In this document: positions 28,281 to 37,308 of the stretch, in pieces
Layout: the number at the start of each line of letters is the position of its first letter
Numbering within the stretch: position 1 is the first letter of the stretch
Assembly: GCA_036556425.1 (NCBI GenBank)
Contig: DATBJJ010000025.1
Location: forward strand, 10,717 to 74,716
Reading direction: 5' to 3'
DNA from: Vicinamibacterales bacterium
GTDB lineage: Bacteria; Acidobacteriota; Vicinamibacteria; Vicinamibacterales; 2-12-FULL-66-21
Length of the DNA stretch: 64,000 nucleotides
The notes under the pieces: model-generated
The model's input: only the letters and a program-made list of their open reading frames with translations
Databases searched by the model: none
What the model was told of the DNA's origin: nothing
Position numbers and translations under genes: made by a program

Positions 28281-31200
28281 ATGAAATTCCTCAGTTGCCT
28301 GGCGGTTCTCGCGGCGCTCAGCGTTCCCGCCGCCGCGCAAGAGACCCGCGCGCGCATCACCGGCACCGTCGTCGACGGCCAGGGCTCGGTCGTGCCCGGC
28401 GTGACGGTGACGGCACTCAACCTCGCGACCAACGTCGGCACCGAAGCGGTGACGAACGCGAGCGGCGTCTTCACGATTCAACAGCTGCAGCCCGGCCCCT
28501 ACAAGGTCACGGCGACGCTGCAGGGCTTCAAGACCTTCTCGCGCGAGGGCATCGAGCTCCACACGGCGGAAACCGTCACCGTGAACGTGCAGCTCGCCGT
28601 CGGCGCCATCGAGGAGACGATTACCGTCAGCGCGGAGCAGACCGCGATCGAATCGAACGAGAGCACGATCGCGCAGACGATCGAGAACAAGCGCATCACG
28701 GAGCTGCCGCTCAACGGACGGCAGGTCTACATGCTGATGCAGCTCACCGCCGGCACGATCTTCACGCAGACGACGTTCGGCGCGACGGGCTTCTCGGGCA
28801 CGCGCGCGTGGGACGTGAACGGATCGCTGTCGGTCCACGGCAGCCGCACGGGGAACAACGAGTACCTGATGGATGGCGCGCCGAGCTCCGGCACCGGCGG
28901 CGGCACCGGCAACTGGAACTTCGCCCCGCCGGTCGACGCGATCGAGGAGTTCAAGATCGGCACGTCCAGCGTCGACGCGTCGTACGGCCGCACGAGCGGA
29001 GGCGTCATCAACATGACGCTGCGCTCGGGCACGAATCAGGTCCGCGGCTCCGGCATCGTCCTCCATCGCGGCACGTGGCTCGACTCCAACCAGATCCAAA
29101 ACATCCGCAACAACATCTCGAACGAGGGCCACAAGTACTACAACGCGGAAGGGATGCTGAGCGGCCCGATCGCCACCAACAAGACGTTCTTCATGGGCGG
29201 GTATCAGGGCTTCTACGAGAACATTCCGTTCCCCGTCACGAGGACGGTGCCGTCGGACGCGCAGCTCCGCGGCGATTTCTCGCAGACGACGACCGCCAAC
29301 GGCACGCCGATCATCATCTATGATCCCGCGACGACGGTCTGCAACGCGAACTTCAGCTCGTGCACGCGCCAGCCGTTCGCGGGCAACATCATTCCGGAGA
29401 ATCGCTGGCACCCGATCTCGAGAGCGCTGCTGCCGCACATCCCGCGGCCGAACGCGACGCCGAGCAACGCGTCGGGGTCGAGCAACTTCATCAGCTCGCC
29501 CAACATCGGGCGCTATCGCTACAACGCGTACCTCACGCGCATCGACCACATCTTCAGCCAGAACCACCGGCTGTCGGCGAGCAACAGCGGCAACTGGGGC
29601 ATCGAGTACCGCAACGAGAACGCGCTGCCGGAGCCGGCGATCCGGAGCGACAACTACCCCACGCATCGCAACCACTATCTCGTCACCGTCGACGACAACT
29701 ACACGATCAATTCGACGACGCTGTGGAACACGCGCGTCTCGTGGGATCGCTTCGACGAGCCGCACGACAAGATCTACGGCGACGTGAACCCGAACCTGCC
29801 GTTCGCGGGACCGTACCAGCTCACCGGTCCGCCGTTCCCGCAGATCAATCCCGGCGGCTACGAAGGGATGTTCCCGCGCACGTTCCGGCAGCCGAAGAAC
29901 GACGCGTACTCCGTGAACAGCAACGTGTCGAAGAGCATGGGCAAGCACTTCCTCAAGGCGGGCGGCGAGTTCCGCGCGTATCAGTTCTTCCGGTACGACG
30001 AAGTGAATTCGAACGGCTCGTTCAACTTCGACAACGACTTCACGCGCCGCGATCCGCTGTCGAACACGGGCGCCGCGTCGGGCAACGGCTTCGCGACGTT
30101 CCTCCTCGGGCTTCCGACAGCAGGCAGCGTCGTCACCGGCACGCCGCGGACCGAGCAGTACCGCTACTACGCGGTGTACTTGCAGGACGACTGGAAGGTC
30201 GGCTCGCGCCTGACCGTCAACCTGGGCGTGCGCTGGGACTATCAGCCGGCGGTTACGGTCCAGGACAACCTGACGGTTTCCGGCTTCGACTTCGACGCCA
30301 CGAACCCGCTGCAATCGCGGCTGCCGCAGGGCGGCAACACGATCAATCCGGCGACGGGTCAACCGCTCCGGCTGAACGGCGGGCTGCTCTTCGCCAACCG
30401 CGGCGGCCCCCAGTCGCCGTACAACTCTGATTGGAACAACTGGCAGCCGCGCGTCGGCGTCACGTATCGCGTGAACGATTGGTTCGGCGTGCGATCGAAC
30501 TACGGGCGATCGTTCCTCGGCCTCTCGAGCGGCGGACAGGTCGGCGTGTATACGACGGACTACCAGCGTACGACGCCATTCATCGCGAAGGCGCCGAACG
30601 GCGTCGATCCCGGAACGCCGTGGGCGACGCCGTTCCCTGACGGCTTCCTCCAGCCGCTCGCGGGCGAGCTCGGACTGATCACCGCGCTCGGCACCTCGCC
30701 GACGATTCCGAATCCCGACTTCGAGATTCCGTACACCGATCAGTGGATGGCTGGCGTCGATCTCCAGCTTCCCTGGAACATCGGTCTCGACGTCGCGTAC
30801 GTCGGCAACCAGGTGAGCAAACTCGGCGTGACGCGCAACCTGAACCTCGTGCCGCGATCGGAGAACGACAAGGCGATCCCGTCGCTCGGCGGCAACAACG
30901 GATATCTGAACGTGACGTTCGCGAATCCGTTCGCCGGACTCGTGCCGGGCCAGGGCCTCAACGCCGCGACGGCGTCGCGCGGACAGTTGCTGCGGCCGTA
31001 CCCGCAGTTCACCGGCCTGAACATGAATCGGTTGAACCGCGGGGCGTCGTACTACAACGCGCTCGAGGCGGTGGCGACCAAGCGCTACACGAACGGCGTG
31101 ATGTTCGCCGTCAACTACACGTGGATGAAGCTCGAGGACGCGTTGAACTTCTTCACCGACTGGGATCAGGATCCGTATCGCGATCTCCAGGGCGATCAGC

Positions 31201-31760
31201 GCCGGCATCGTCTCGTCATCACGACGCTCGTCGATCTCCCGTTCGGTCCCGGCAAGCGGTTCGGCGCCAACACGTCGGGCCTGGTCGCCGGGCTGATCGG
31301 TGGATGGCAGTTCAACACGATCGGCGAGATCCAGTCAGGCCGTCCGCTCGGCTACAACGGCAGCGCGGTGCTGCTCGATCCCGGCAACATCGCCTTGCCG
31401 AAGAGCGAGCAGTCGTTCGCGCGCTGGTTCGACAACAGCAGCACGGCGCTGAACAACCCGCGGCCGGATGGCACGTTCGCGTGGAGCGTGCTCGGCACGA
31501 ACGAGTACCGCGTCATCAAGGGACGCTTCACCGACGTGAACGAGCCAACCGAGCCGCAGTGGTCGTTCTCGTTCTTCAAGAACAACCGCATCCGCGAGAA
31601 GAACCTGCAGGTCCGCGTGGAGATCTTCAACGTCTTCAACACGCGGATCTACGGCGGCCCGAACACGAATCCCGCGAGCGCCAACTTCGGGATCGTCGAC
31701 ACCGCGAGCCAGGTGAACTTCCCGCGGACGATTCAGTTGGGTGTGAGGATGGCGTTTTAA
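28281..31760 (+). CDS. TonB-dependent receptor, Oar-like
   Basis: Signal peptide, GTVVDGQGSVVPGVTV, EETITV, LPLNGR, DASYGRTSGGVIN, YLQDDWKV, C-terminal Phe; GGAGGAGG RBS. Confidence 0.94.
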   Translation: MKFLSCLAVLAALSVPAAAQETRARITGTVVDGQGSVVPGVTVTALNLATNVGTEAVTNASGVFTIQQLQPGPYKVTATLQGFKTFSREGIELHTAETVTVNVQLAVGAIEETITVSAEQTAIESNESTIAQTIENKRITELPLNGRQVYMLMQLTAGTIFTQTTFGATGFSGTRAWDVNGSLSVHGSRTGNNEYLMDGAPSSGTGGGTGNWNFAPPVDAIEEFKIGTSSVDASYGRTSGGVINMTLRSGTNQVRGSGIVLHRGTWLDSNQIQNIRNNISNEGHKYYNAEGMLSGPIATNKTFFMGGYQGFYENIPFPVTRTVPSDAQLRGDFSQTTTANGTPIIIYDPATTVCNANFSSCTRQPFAGNIIPENRWHPISRALLPHIPRPNATPSNASGSSNFISSPNIGRYRYNAYLTRIDHIFSQNHRLSASNSGNWGIEYRNENALPEPAIRSDNYPTHRNHYLVTVDDNYTINSTTLWNTRVSWDRFDEPHDKIYGDVNPNLPFAGPYQLTGPPFPQINPGGYEGMFPRTFRQPKNDAYSVNSNVSKSMGKHFLKAGGEFRAYQFFRYDEVNSNGSFNFDNDFTRRDPLSNTGAASGNGFATFLLGLPTAGSVVTGTPRTEQYRYYAVYLQDDWKVGSRLTVNLGVRWDYQPAVTVQDNLTVSGFDFDATNPLQSRLPQGGNTINPATGQPLRLNGGLLFANRGGPQSPYNSDWNNWQPRVGVTYRVNDWFGVRSNYGRSFLGLSSGGQVGVYTTDYQRTTPFIAKAPNGVDPGTPWATPFPDGFLQPLAGELGLITALGTSPTIPNPDFEIPYTDQWMAGVDLQLPWNIGLDVAYVGNQVSKLGVTRNLNLVPRSENDKAIPSLGGNNGYLNVTFANPFAGLVPGQGLNAATASRGQLLRPYPQFTGLNMNRLNRGASYYNALEAVATKRYTNGVMFAVNYTWMKLEDALNFFTDWDQDPYRDLQGDQRRHRLVITTLVDLPFGPGKRFGANTSGLVAGLIGGWQFNTIGEIQSGRPLGYNGSAVLLDPGNIALPKSEQSFARWFDNSSTALNNPRPDGTFAWSVLGTNEYRVIKGRFTDVNEPTEPQWSFSFFKNNRIREKNLQVRVEIFNVFNTRIYGGPNTNPASANFGIVDTASQVNFPRTIQLGVRMAF

Positions 31761-31762
31761 CT

Positions 31763-31911
31763 CGCGGTCCGCGGTCCGCTGCCCGCTGCCCGCTGCCCGC
31801 TGCCCGAAAGCATTCAGCTCACAGTCGATCGACTGGGCACTGAAAGTTCTTCCGACAGCGGATCGCGGACCGCGGCCAGCGGACCGCGGACAGCGGACAG
31901 CGGACAGCGGA
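31763..31911. repeat. Inverted pair of 7-nt tandem repeat arrays (CCGCTGC-CCGCGGT / GCGGACA-GCGGACC)
   Basis: About 6 units 31763-31806, roughly 48-nt spacer, about 8 complementary units 31855-31911; between co-directional genes. Confidence 0.88.
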
Positions 31912-31933
31912 GTTGTGCTACTGTCTCCCCGCT

Positions 31934-32794
31934 ATGACAACTCCTCTTTCGAGACGATCCTTCCTCGCGATGGCGGGTGCGATGCCGTTCGCAGCGTCGA
32001 GCCTCGCCCGCGCGATGCAAGGCAAACAAGTCCCGATCGGCCTCGAGCTGTATTCGGTTCGCGGCGAGCTCAAGAAGGATCAGGCCGCGGCGGTCGCCGC
32101 CGTCGCCAAGATGGGCTATCAGGTCGTCGAGTTCTACTCGCCGTACTTCGACTGGACGCCCGATCAGGCGAAGGAGGTGCGCAAACAGCTCGACGATCTC
32201 GGCATCAAGTGCCTGTCCACGCACAACGGACCTCAGGCAATCACCCCCGAGAACATCTCGAAGGCGATCGACCTGAATCGGACGATCGGCAGCAGGAACA
32301 TCATCATCGCGAGCGCCGGCAAAGTGGCGGGTGTCGACGGATGGAAGGCGTTCGCGGGCAGCCTCGCGACGGCGGCCGAGAAGCTCCGCGGCGCCGGCAT
32401 GGCGACGGGCTTTCACAATCACCAGACCGAGTGGCGTCCTCTCGAGCCCAACGGTCCGCGCGCGATGGACGTCCTCGCGCAGAACACGCCGAAGGACGTC
32501 GTCCTGCAGCTCGATTGCGGGACGTGCGTCGAGGCGGAAACGGATCCCGTCGCGTGGATCAAGGCGAACCCGGGACGTATCAAGAGCCTGCACTTGAAGG
32601 ATTGGGCGAAGGGCGAGCGCGGCTACGGCGTCGCGTTCGGCGAAGGCGACGTCCCCTGGAAGCCGCTCCTCGAGGCGGCGGAATCGGTCGGCGGCGCCGA
32701 GTACTACTTGATCGAGCAGGAACGCGCCGGTGCCGACGGCGAGTTCGCGATGGTCAAGAAGTGTTTGGACAATTACAAGAAGCTGAGGGGATAG
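31934..32794 (+). CDS. Tat-exported sugar phosphate isomerase/epimerase (xylose isomerase-like TIM barrel)
   Basis: SRRSFL twin-arginine signal, GLELYSVR, GFHNH..E, LQLDCG, LHLKD, IEQE. Confidence 0.92.
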   Translation: MTTPLSRRSFLAMAGAMPFAASSLARAMQGKQVPIGLELYSVRGELKKDQAAAVAAVAKMGYQVVEFYSPYFDWTPDQAKEVRKQLDDLGIKCLSTHNGPQAITPENISKAIDLNRTIGSRNIIIASAGKVAGVDGWKAFAGSLATAAEKLRGAGMATGFHNHQTEWRPLEPNGPRAMDVLAQNTPKDVVLQLDCGTCVEAETDPVAWIKANPGRIKSLHLKDWAKGERGYGVAFGEGDVPWKPLLEAAESVGGAEYYLIEQERAGADGEFAMVKKCLDNYKKLRG

Positions 32795-32859
32795 ATCGGG
32801 ATCTTCCGGATCCCGCGTCCCGGATCCCGCGTCCCGGATCCCGGATCCCGGATCCCGAT
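32795..32859. repeat. 7-nt tandem repeat (GGATCCC/GCGTCCC) with short inverted arm between convergent genes
   Basis: ATCGGGATC...GATCCCGAT termini enclosing about 7 units. Confidence 0.85.
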
Positions 32860-32860
32860 T

Positions 32861-35329
32861 TCATTCGTACCGCAGCGCCTTCATCGGATCGAGCCGCGCG
32901 GCGCGGCGCGCGGGCAGATACGTGGCGATGAACGTTGCCGCCAGCACAATGGGCGCGACCAGCGCGTGCGACATCAACTCGACCTCGTTCTTGCCGTCTG
33001 GAAACGCGGCGTTCAGCAGCCGCTCCGCGTACACGCCCGCCAACAGTCCGATGGCGAGCCCCGCGACGGCGAGCACGAGTCCCTGCCGTAGCACCATCCG
33101 CAGCACCGCGGCGCGCGTTGCGCCAATGGCCATGCGAATACCGATTTCCTTCGTTCGCCTGCTCGTCGCGTACGCGACGAGTCCGTAGAGTCCCACGATC
33201 GCGAGCGCGAGGCCCATCATGCCCATCGCGAAGACGATGCCGATGATCGTCTTGAAGATGGTCAGCGTCCGCATCTGATAGAAGTCCTCCATGGTGCGGA
33301 CGTTGTAGAGCGGCTGCGTGCGATCCAGGCTTTGCACGACGGAGCGCAGCGGCGCGACGAGGCTGGCCGGATCGCCGGACGACTCGGTTAGCAGGACCAT
33401 CTCCGACTGCGCGTCCTGCCGGTACGGCAGATAGATGAAATCCGTCGGCGGTTCGCCGAGCCAGAGGTACTTCGCGGTCTTTGCGACGCCGACGATCGTC
33501 ACCCAAGACGATTCCTTGCCGTCGCGCACTTGAAACCGCTTCCCGATGGGATCGCGATCCGGCGAGTAGTGCTGCACGTACTGCTCGTTGACGACGGCAA
33601 CGCGGGGAGCGTCTTTCGAATCCGTCTCGAGAAACCCGCGCCCGCGAAGGATTGGAATGCCGATCGTCGTGAAGTAGTGCTCGTCGACGCGCGCCGAGAA
33701 CAGCGTGAGCGCATCCCGTCCGACCGGAAGTTGATAGCCCTCCGGGATGACGCTGGTCGTATTGATGCTGTTGGACATCGGCACCGACGAGGCGAGCGCG
33801 GCCGACTTCACGCCGGGCTCGGCTCGTGCGCGTTCCGCGAGCTGCAGAAAGAAGCGCTGCGCCTGGTCTTCGCCGTAGTGCACGAGCGACGGATCGAGGC
33901 TCATCATCAACAGGTGATCGAGACGGTAGCCCGGCCCGCTGCGGACCTGTTCGAGAAACCCGCGATACATGTACGTCGCGAGGACCAGCAGCACGACCGA
34001 CACGGCGACCTGCCCGGAAACGAGAATGCTGCGGCCCCATCGCCGCCGTCGCCCTACCGTCGACTCGCCGCCCTTCATGACTCTCGTCAGATCGGTGCGC
34101 GACGTCTGAATCGCCGGCGCGAGCCCGAACACGATCGCGCTCAGCATCGCCACGGCCAGGCTGAACACCAGCGTCCGTCGATCGAGCTGGAAGGTGAGCG
34201 CGACTGGCAGATCGGTCGGAATCTGGATTCGTTGAAAGACTCTGATCGAGAGATAGCCGATCGCAACGCCCACCACGCCGCCGGCCACCGCGATCAGCAG
34301 ACTCTCCGTCATCAGCTGCGCGATCAGCCGTCCGCGTCCCGCGCCGACGGCGACGCGCATCGCCATCTCGCGCGCGCGTGCGGGCGCTCTGCTCGTCAGC
34401 AACCCTGCCACGTTCGCGCACGCGACGAACAGCACGGCGGCCGCCAGCGTCGTCAGCATCGCGATCAGCGTCGAGTCGGGCGGCGATTGCGCGATTCTCG
34501 TCTGGAGCTCCGTTCGGACGACGAAGTCTCGATCGCGGTTCGTGTCCGGATACGTCTGCGCGAGATTCTTCGCGACGACGGACAGCTCCGATTGCGCCTG
34601 CGCCATGCTCGCGCCGGACTTGAGGCGCCCCTTGATCGTAATCGCGCGGTAGTCGCGATCGTCGAGCGGTTTTGCCTTCGGATCGTTGAGGAACCGCGGC
34701 CACATCATGAGCGGTGCGTAGAAATCCGACCGGACGTACTGGTTCATCCCGGTGAACCGCTCGGGCGCGACGCCGACGACGGTGAACTCGATGCCGCTGA
34801 GGAGCACGCGGCGGCCGAGAATCGACGGGTCGGACCCGAATTGTCGTTCCCAGAGAACGTGGCTGATGATCGCGACGGCGTCGCGGCCGGCGACTTCGTT
34901 CTCCGTCGGCTGGAACGCGCGTCCGAGCTCCGGCTCGACGCCCATCGCCTGAAAGAAGTTGTCGCTCACGAGGAGGCCGAGCGTCAGCTTGGGCAGCGCA
35001 TCCGCCGTCGCGGCCAGGCCCGACGTCAGGCCCGTGAAGGCGGCGAGGCTGTCGAAGCTGGTTGTCTGATCGCGGAGATCGCGGTACTCGCGATACGACG
35101 CGCCGAGATTGGTGAAGCCCTCGACCGACATCACCGAGCCGACCGTCACCACCTCACCGGGCCGCGCGACAGTGAGAGGCCGAAGCAACAGTGCGTCGGC
35201 CCAACTGAATGCGGCGCAGTTGGCGCCGACGCCCAGCGCCAGCGAGACGATCGCGACGAGCGTGAACCCTGGATTTGCGGCGAGCGTGCGGACGCCGAAT
35301 CGCACGTCCTGCCACGTTCGCTCGAGCAT
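32861..35329 (-). CDS. ADOP-type duplicated ABC permease
   Basis: MLERTWQDVRFGVRTL, LALGVGANCAAFS, FVACANVAGLL, RRTKEIGIRMAIGA, ends DPMKALRYE; TAATG overlap with upstream ThuA-like gene. Confidence 0.93.
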   Translation of the reverse strand: MLERTWQDVRFGVRTLAANPGFTLVAIVSLALGVGANCAAFSWADALLLRPLTVARPGEVVTVGSVMSVEGFTNLGASYREYRDLRDQTTSFDSLAAFTGLTSGLAATADALPKLTLGLLVSDNFFQAMGVEPELGRAFQPTENEVAGRDAVAIISHVLWERQFGSDPSILGRRVLLSGIEFTVVGVAPERFTGMNQYVRSDFYAPLMMWPRFLNDPKAKPLDDRDYRAITIKGRLKSGASMAQAQSELSVVAKNLAQTYPDTNRDRDFVVRTELQTRIAQSPPDSTLIAMLTTLAAAVLFVACANVAGLLTSRAPARAREMAMRVAVGAGRGRLIAQLMTESLLIAVAGGVVGVAIGYLSIRVFQRIQIPTDLPVALTFQLDRRTLVFSLAVAMLSAIVFGLAPAIQTSRTDLTRVMKGGESTVGRRRRWGRSILVSGQVAVSVVLLVLATYMYRGFLEQVRSGPGYRLDHLLMMSLDPSLVHYGEDQAQRFFLQLAERARAEPGVKSAALASSVPMSNSINTTSVIPEGYQLPVGRDALTLFSARVDEHYFTTIGIPILRGRGFLETDSKDAPRVAVVNEQYVQHYSPDRDPIGKRFQVRDGKESSWVTIVGVAKTAKYLWLGEPPTDFIYLPYRQDAQSEMVLLTESSGDPASLVAPLRSVVQSLDRTQPLYNVRTMEDFYQMRTLTIFKTIIGIVFAMGMMGLALAIVGLYGLVAYATSRRTKEIGIRMAIGATRAAVLRMVLRQGLVLAVAGLAIGLLAGVYAERLLNAAFPDGKNEVELMSHALVAPIVLAATFIATYLPARRAARLDPMKALRYE

Positions 35330-36174
35330 TATTCTCCCCTTCCCCGTCCCCGTCCTCTGCCTTGCGGCCGCTCGGTCGCCAGCGCGTCGACCGGCTGCTT
35401 CGCCGCCCACGCGATGCCTCGCAGCAGCATCGGCTGAATCTGCGGGTGCGAGAAGTTCACGTAGTTGTGTCCCTGCATCCACACGAACGCGCGGAACGGC
35501 GGTCCCGAGGGCGCGAGGCGGTTCTCGTACGTCCAGATCTGCGGCACGACTTCGCCGGCGTGCTCGCCGGCGCTCGGCGTCTTCGCCATGACGGCGGTCG
35601 CGAGCACGTGGATCTCCGGCGACTTCGCCCACGTCATCTTGAAGAACGCTTCGTCCTTGATCGTGAACGGCGTCACGCCCTGCATGATCGGATGCGCCGC
35701 GTCGACGACCGTGTACGGCACGTCCGCCTCGAGCGTGTAGTTCACCTCGCCATGTTTCTTGCCGCCGCCGACGACGCTCGAGAAGTGGTCGGGGTCGGGG
35801 CCGCACAACGCGTCGTGGAAGCTGACGACGCCGCCGCCGCGCCGGAGGAAGGCATCGAGCGTCGCGCGATCGTCGGCGCTCATGTTGCCGGCGTCCCCTT
35901 TGTAGATCACCAGCACGTCGACGTCCGTCAGCTCGCGCGCGGATGGAAAGTGCAGGGCGCCGTCGACGAGCGCGCCGCGATTGGTGAGCAGCTTGCTCCA
36001 GTCGGCGAGGAACTGCGGATAGTCGTGCTGCCCTTCCGCGTGCGTCTTCAATCCGGCGTGAATGAAGACCTTCAGCCGCGGCGGCGTCGGCTGTTGCGGT
36101 TGCGGTGGCTGCTGCGCCATGACCGCCGTGCACAATAGCGCCGCCGCACCCAGCAGCGCAAACTTCGCTTTCAT
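35329..36174 (-). CDS. ThuA domain-containing exported protein (class I glutamine amidotransferase-like fold)
   Basis: Signal peptide, GLKTHAEGQHDYP, GGGVVSFH, HPIMQG..F.IKDE, WMQGH, LLRGIAWAA. Confidence 0.85.
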   Translation of the reverse strand: MKAKFALLGAAALLCTAVMAQQPPQPQQPTPPRLKVFIHAGLKTHAEGQHDYPQFLADWSKLLTNRGALVDGALHFPSARELTDVDVLVIYKGDAGNMSADDRATLDAFLRRGGGVVSFHDALCGPDPDHFSSVVGGGKKHGEVNYTLEADVPYTVVDAAHPIMQGVTPFTIKDEAFFKMTWAKSPEIHVLATAVMAKTPSAGEHAGEVVPQIWTYENRLAPSGPPFRAFVWMQGHNYVNFSHPQIQPMLLRGIAWAAKQPVDALATERPQGRGRGRGRGE

Positions 36175-36191
36175 CGTCTGCTCCTCTTTTG

Positions 36192-36239
36192 CCGGATCCC
36201 GGACCCCCGGACCCCGGATCCCGGATCCCGGATCCCGAC
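36192..36239. repeat. Single-arm 7-nt tandem repeat (GGATCCC/GGACCCC)
   Basis: About 6-7 units between co-directional minus-strand genes; same unit as 17500, 32795 and 44690. Confidence 0.85.
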
Positions 36240-36243
36240 TACG

Positions 36244-37176
36244 TCAGATCACCCCTGCCTTCTTCATCACCGCCGTCGTCGTCTCGAGCGCGAGCCGGCC
36301 GGCCTCCTCGGGCGTCATCTCGGCCGGCACGCGGCCGAGCGGCTCCGGGCTGACGCCGTCGGCGTAGCCAATCGTCTTCAACGCCTGCAGGAAGCCGACG
36401 AGATCGATGATCCCTTCGCCCGGCATGTGGCGCTGATTGTCGCGCACCTCTTCGGGCGGCGACGGCTTCGCGTCGGAGATGTGCACGTGGACGATCGCGG
36501 CCTTGCCCGCGGCGACGATCTCCGCGGTCGTGCCGCTCGAGTGGTGCCAGTGCCACGCGTCGAGCACCGCGCCGATGTTGGCGCCGCACTCCTTCGCGAA
36601 CGCGACGGTGTCCGGCAGCGTCCAGATGAACTGATGCGGCGTCTTCGCGTTCTGCCTGAAGTACAACGGGCCGAGGAATTCGAGGCCGAGACGGATCTTC
36701 GAGCGATCGAGAATCTCGGCGATTGGCTGCAGCCGCCCCAGAAGGAATTTGCGGCGTTCGTCTTTCGGCGTCTGGCTGCCAGGTGAAAGCACCACCATCA
36801 TCCGATTGAGGCCGATCGCGTTCGCGAATTTTGCGTTCTCGTCGAGCTGTCTCATCGCGTCCTGAAACGCGGCTTCGTCTGCGGAGGCGTACGGCACGGG
36901 AAGATTGCAGATCGCGGGCTTCAGCTTCAGGCTGTCGAGCATCGCGCGCGTCGCGTCGACGCCGGCCGCTTTCGCCGCGTTGAAGTTGACGTCGACGCCG
37001 CCGTATCCGAGCTTCGCCGCGAGCGCGGCGAAGTCTGGCCAGGGCATGTTGCGCGTCAGCGATCCGTTGAGCGACACGTACATGCCGCGCGGCGCCTGCG
37101 CGAGCGCGAAGCGGCCGGCCGTCAGCACGGCGCCCGCCACGGCCGCGCGCGCGACGAATTCTCGTCGAGTGATCAT
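36244..37176 (-). CDS. Tat-exported sugar phosphate isomerase/epimerase (TIM barrel)
   Basis: MITRREFV signal, RLGLEFLGP, LDAWHWH, VHVHISD, RHMPGEG.IDL, SPE. Confidence 0.9.
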   Translation of the reverse strand: MITRREFVARAAVAGAVLTAGRFALAQAPRGMYVSLNGSLTRNMPWPDFAALAAKLGYGGVDVNFNAAKAAGVDATRAMLDSLKLKPAICNLPVPYASADEAAFQDAMRQLDENAKFANAIGLNRMMVVLSPGSQTPKDERRKFLLGRLQPIAEILDRSKIRLGLEFLGPLYFRQNAKTPHQFIWTLPDTVAFAKECGANIGAVLDAWHWHHSSGTTAEIVAAGKAAIVHVHISDAKPSPPEEVRDNQRHMPGEGIIDLVGFLQALKTIGYADGVSPEPLGRVPAEMTPEEAGRLALETTTAVMKKAGVI

Positions 37177-37234
37177 GCGAATTCTTCGAGCGGCTGAGAA
37201 TATCACTGTCTTGTCTTGCATGTAGAACTCGCTT

Positions 37235-37290
37235 AGACTCCGCCGAGTTGGGGTCAGACCCCAGACTTCGCCGAGTTGGGGTCAGACCCC
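37235..37290. repeat. 28-bp tandem duplication containing palindrome GGGGTCAGACCCC (REP-like)
   Basis: AGACT[C/T]CGCCGAGTTGGGGTCAGACCCC at 37235-37262 and 37263-37290, one mismatch; in a divergent promoter region. Confidence 0.9.
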
Positions 37291-37308
37291 AGAAGCGAAA
37301 TTACACAC

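Noticed and set aside
32861-36133. 1090-aa permease ORF
   Set aside because: The N-terminal part is an off-frame read of the thuA-like gene; the family-typical start is ATG 35329.
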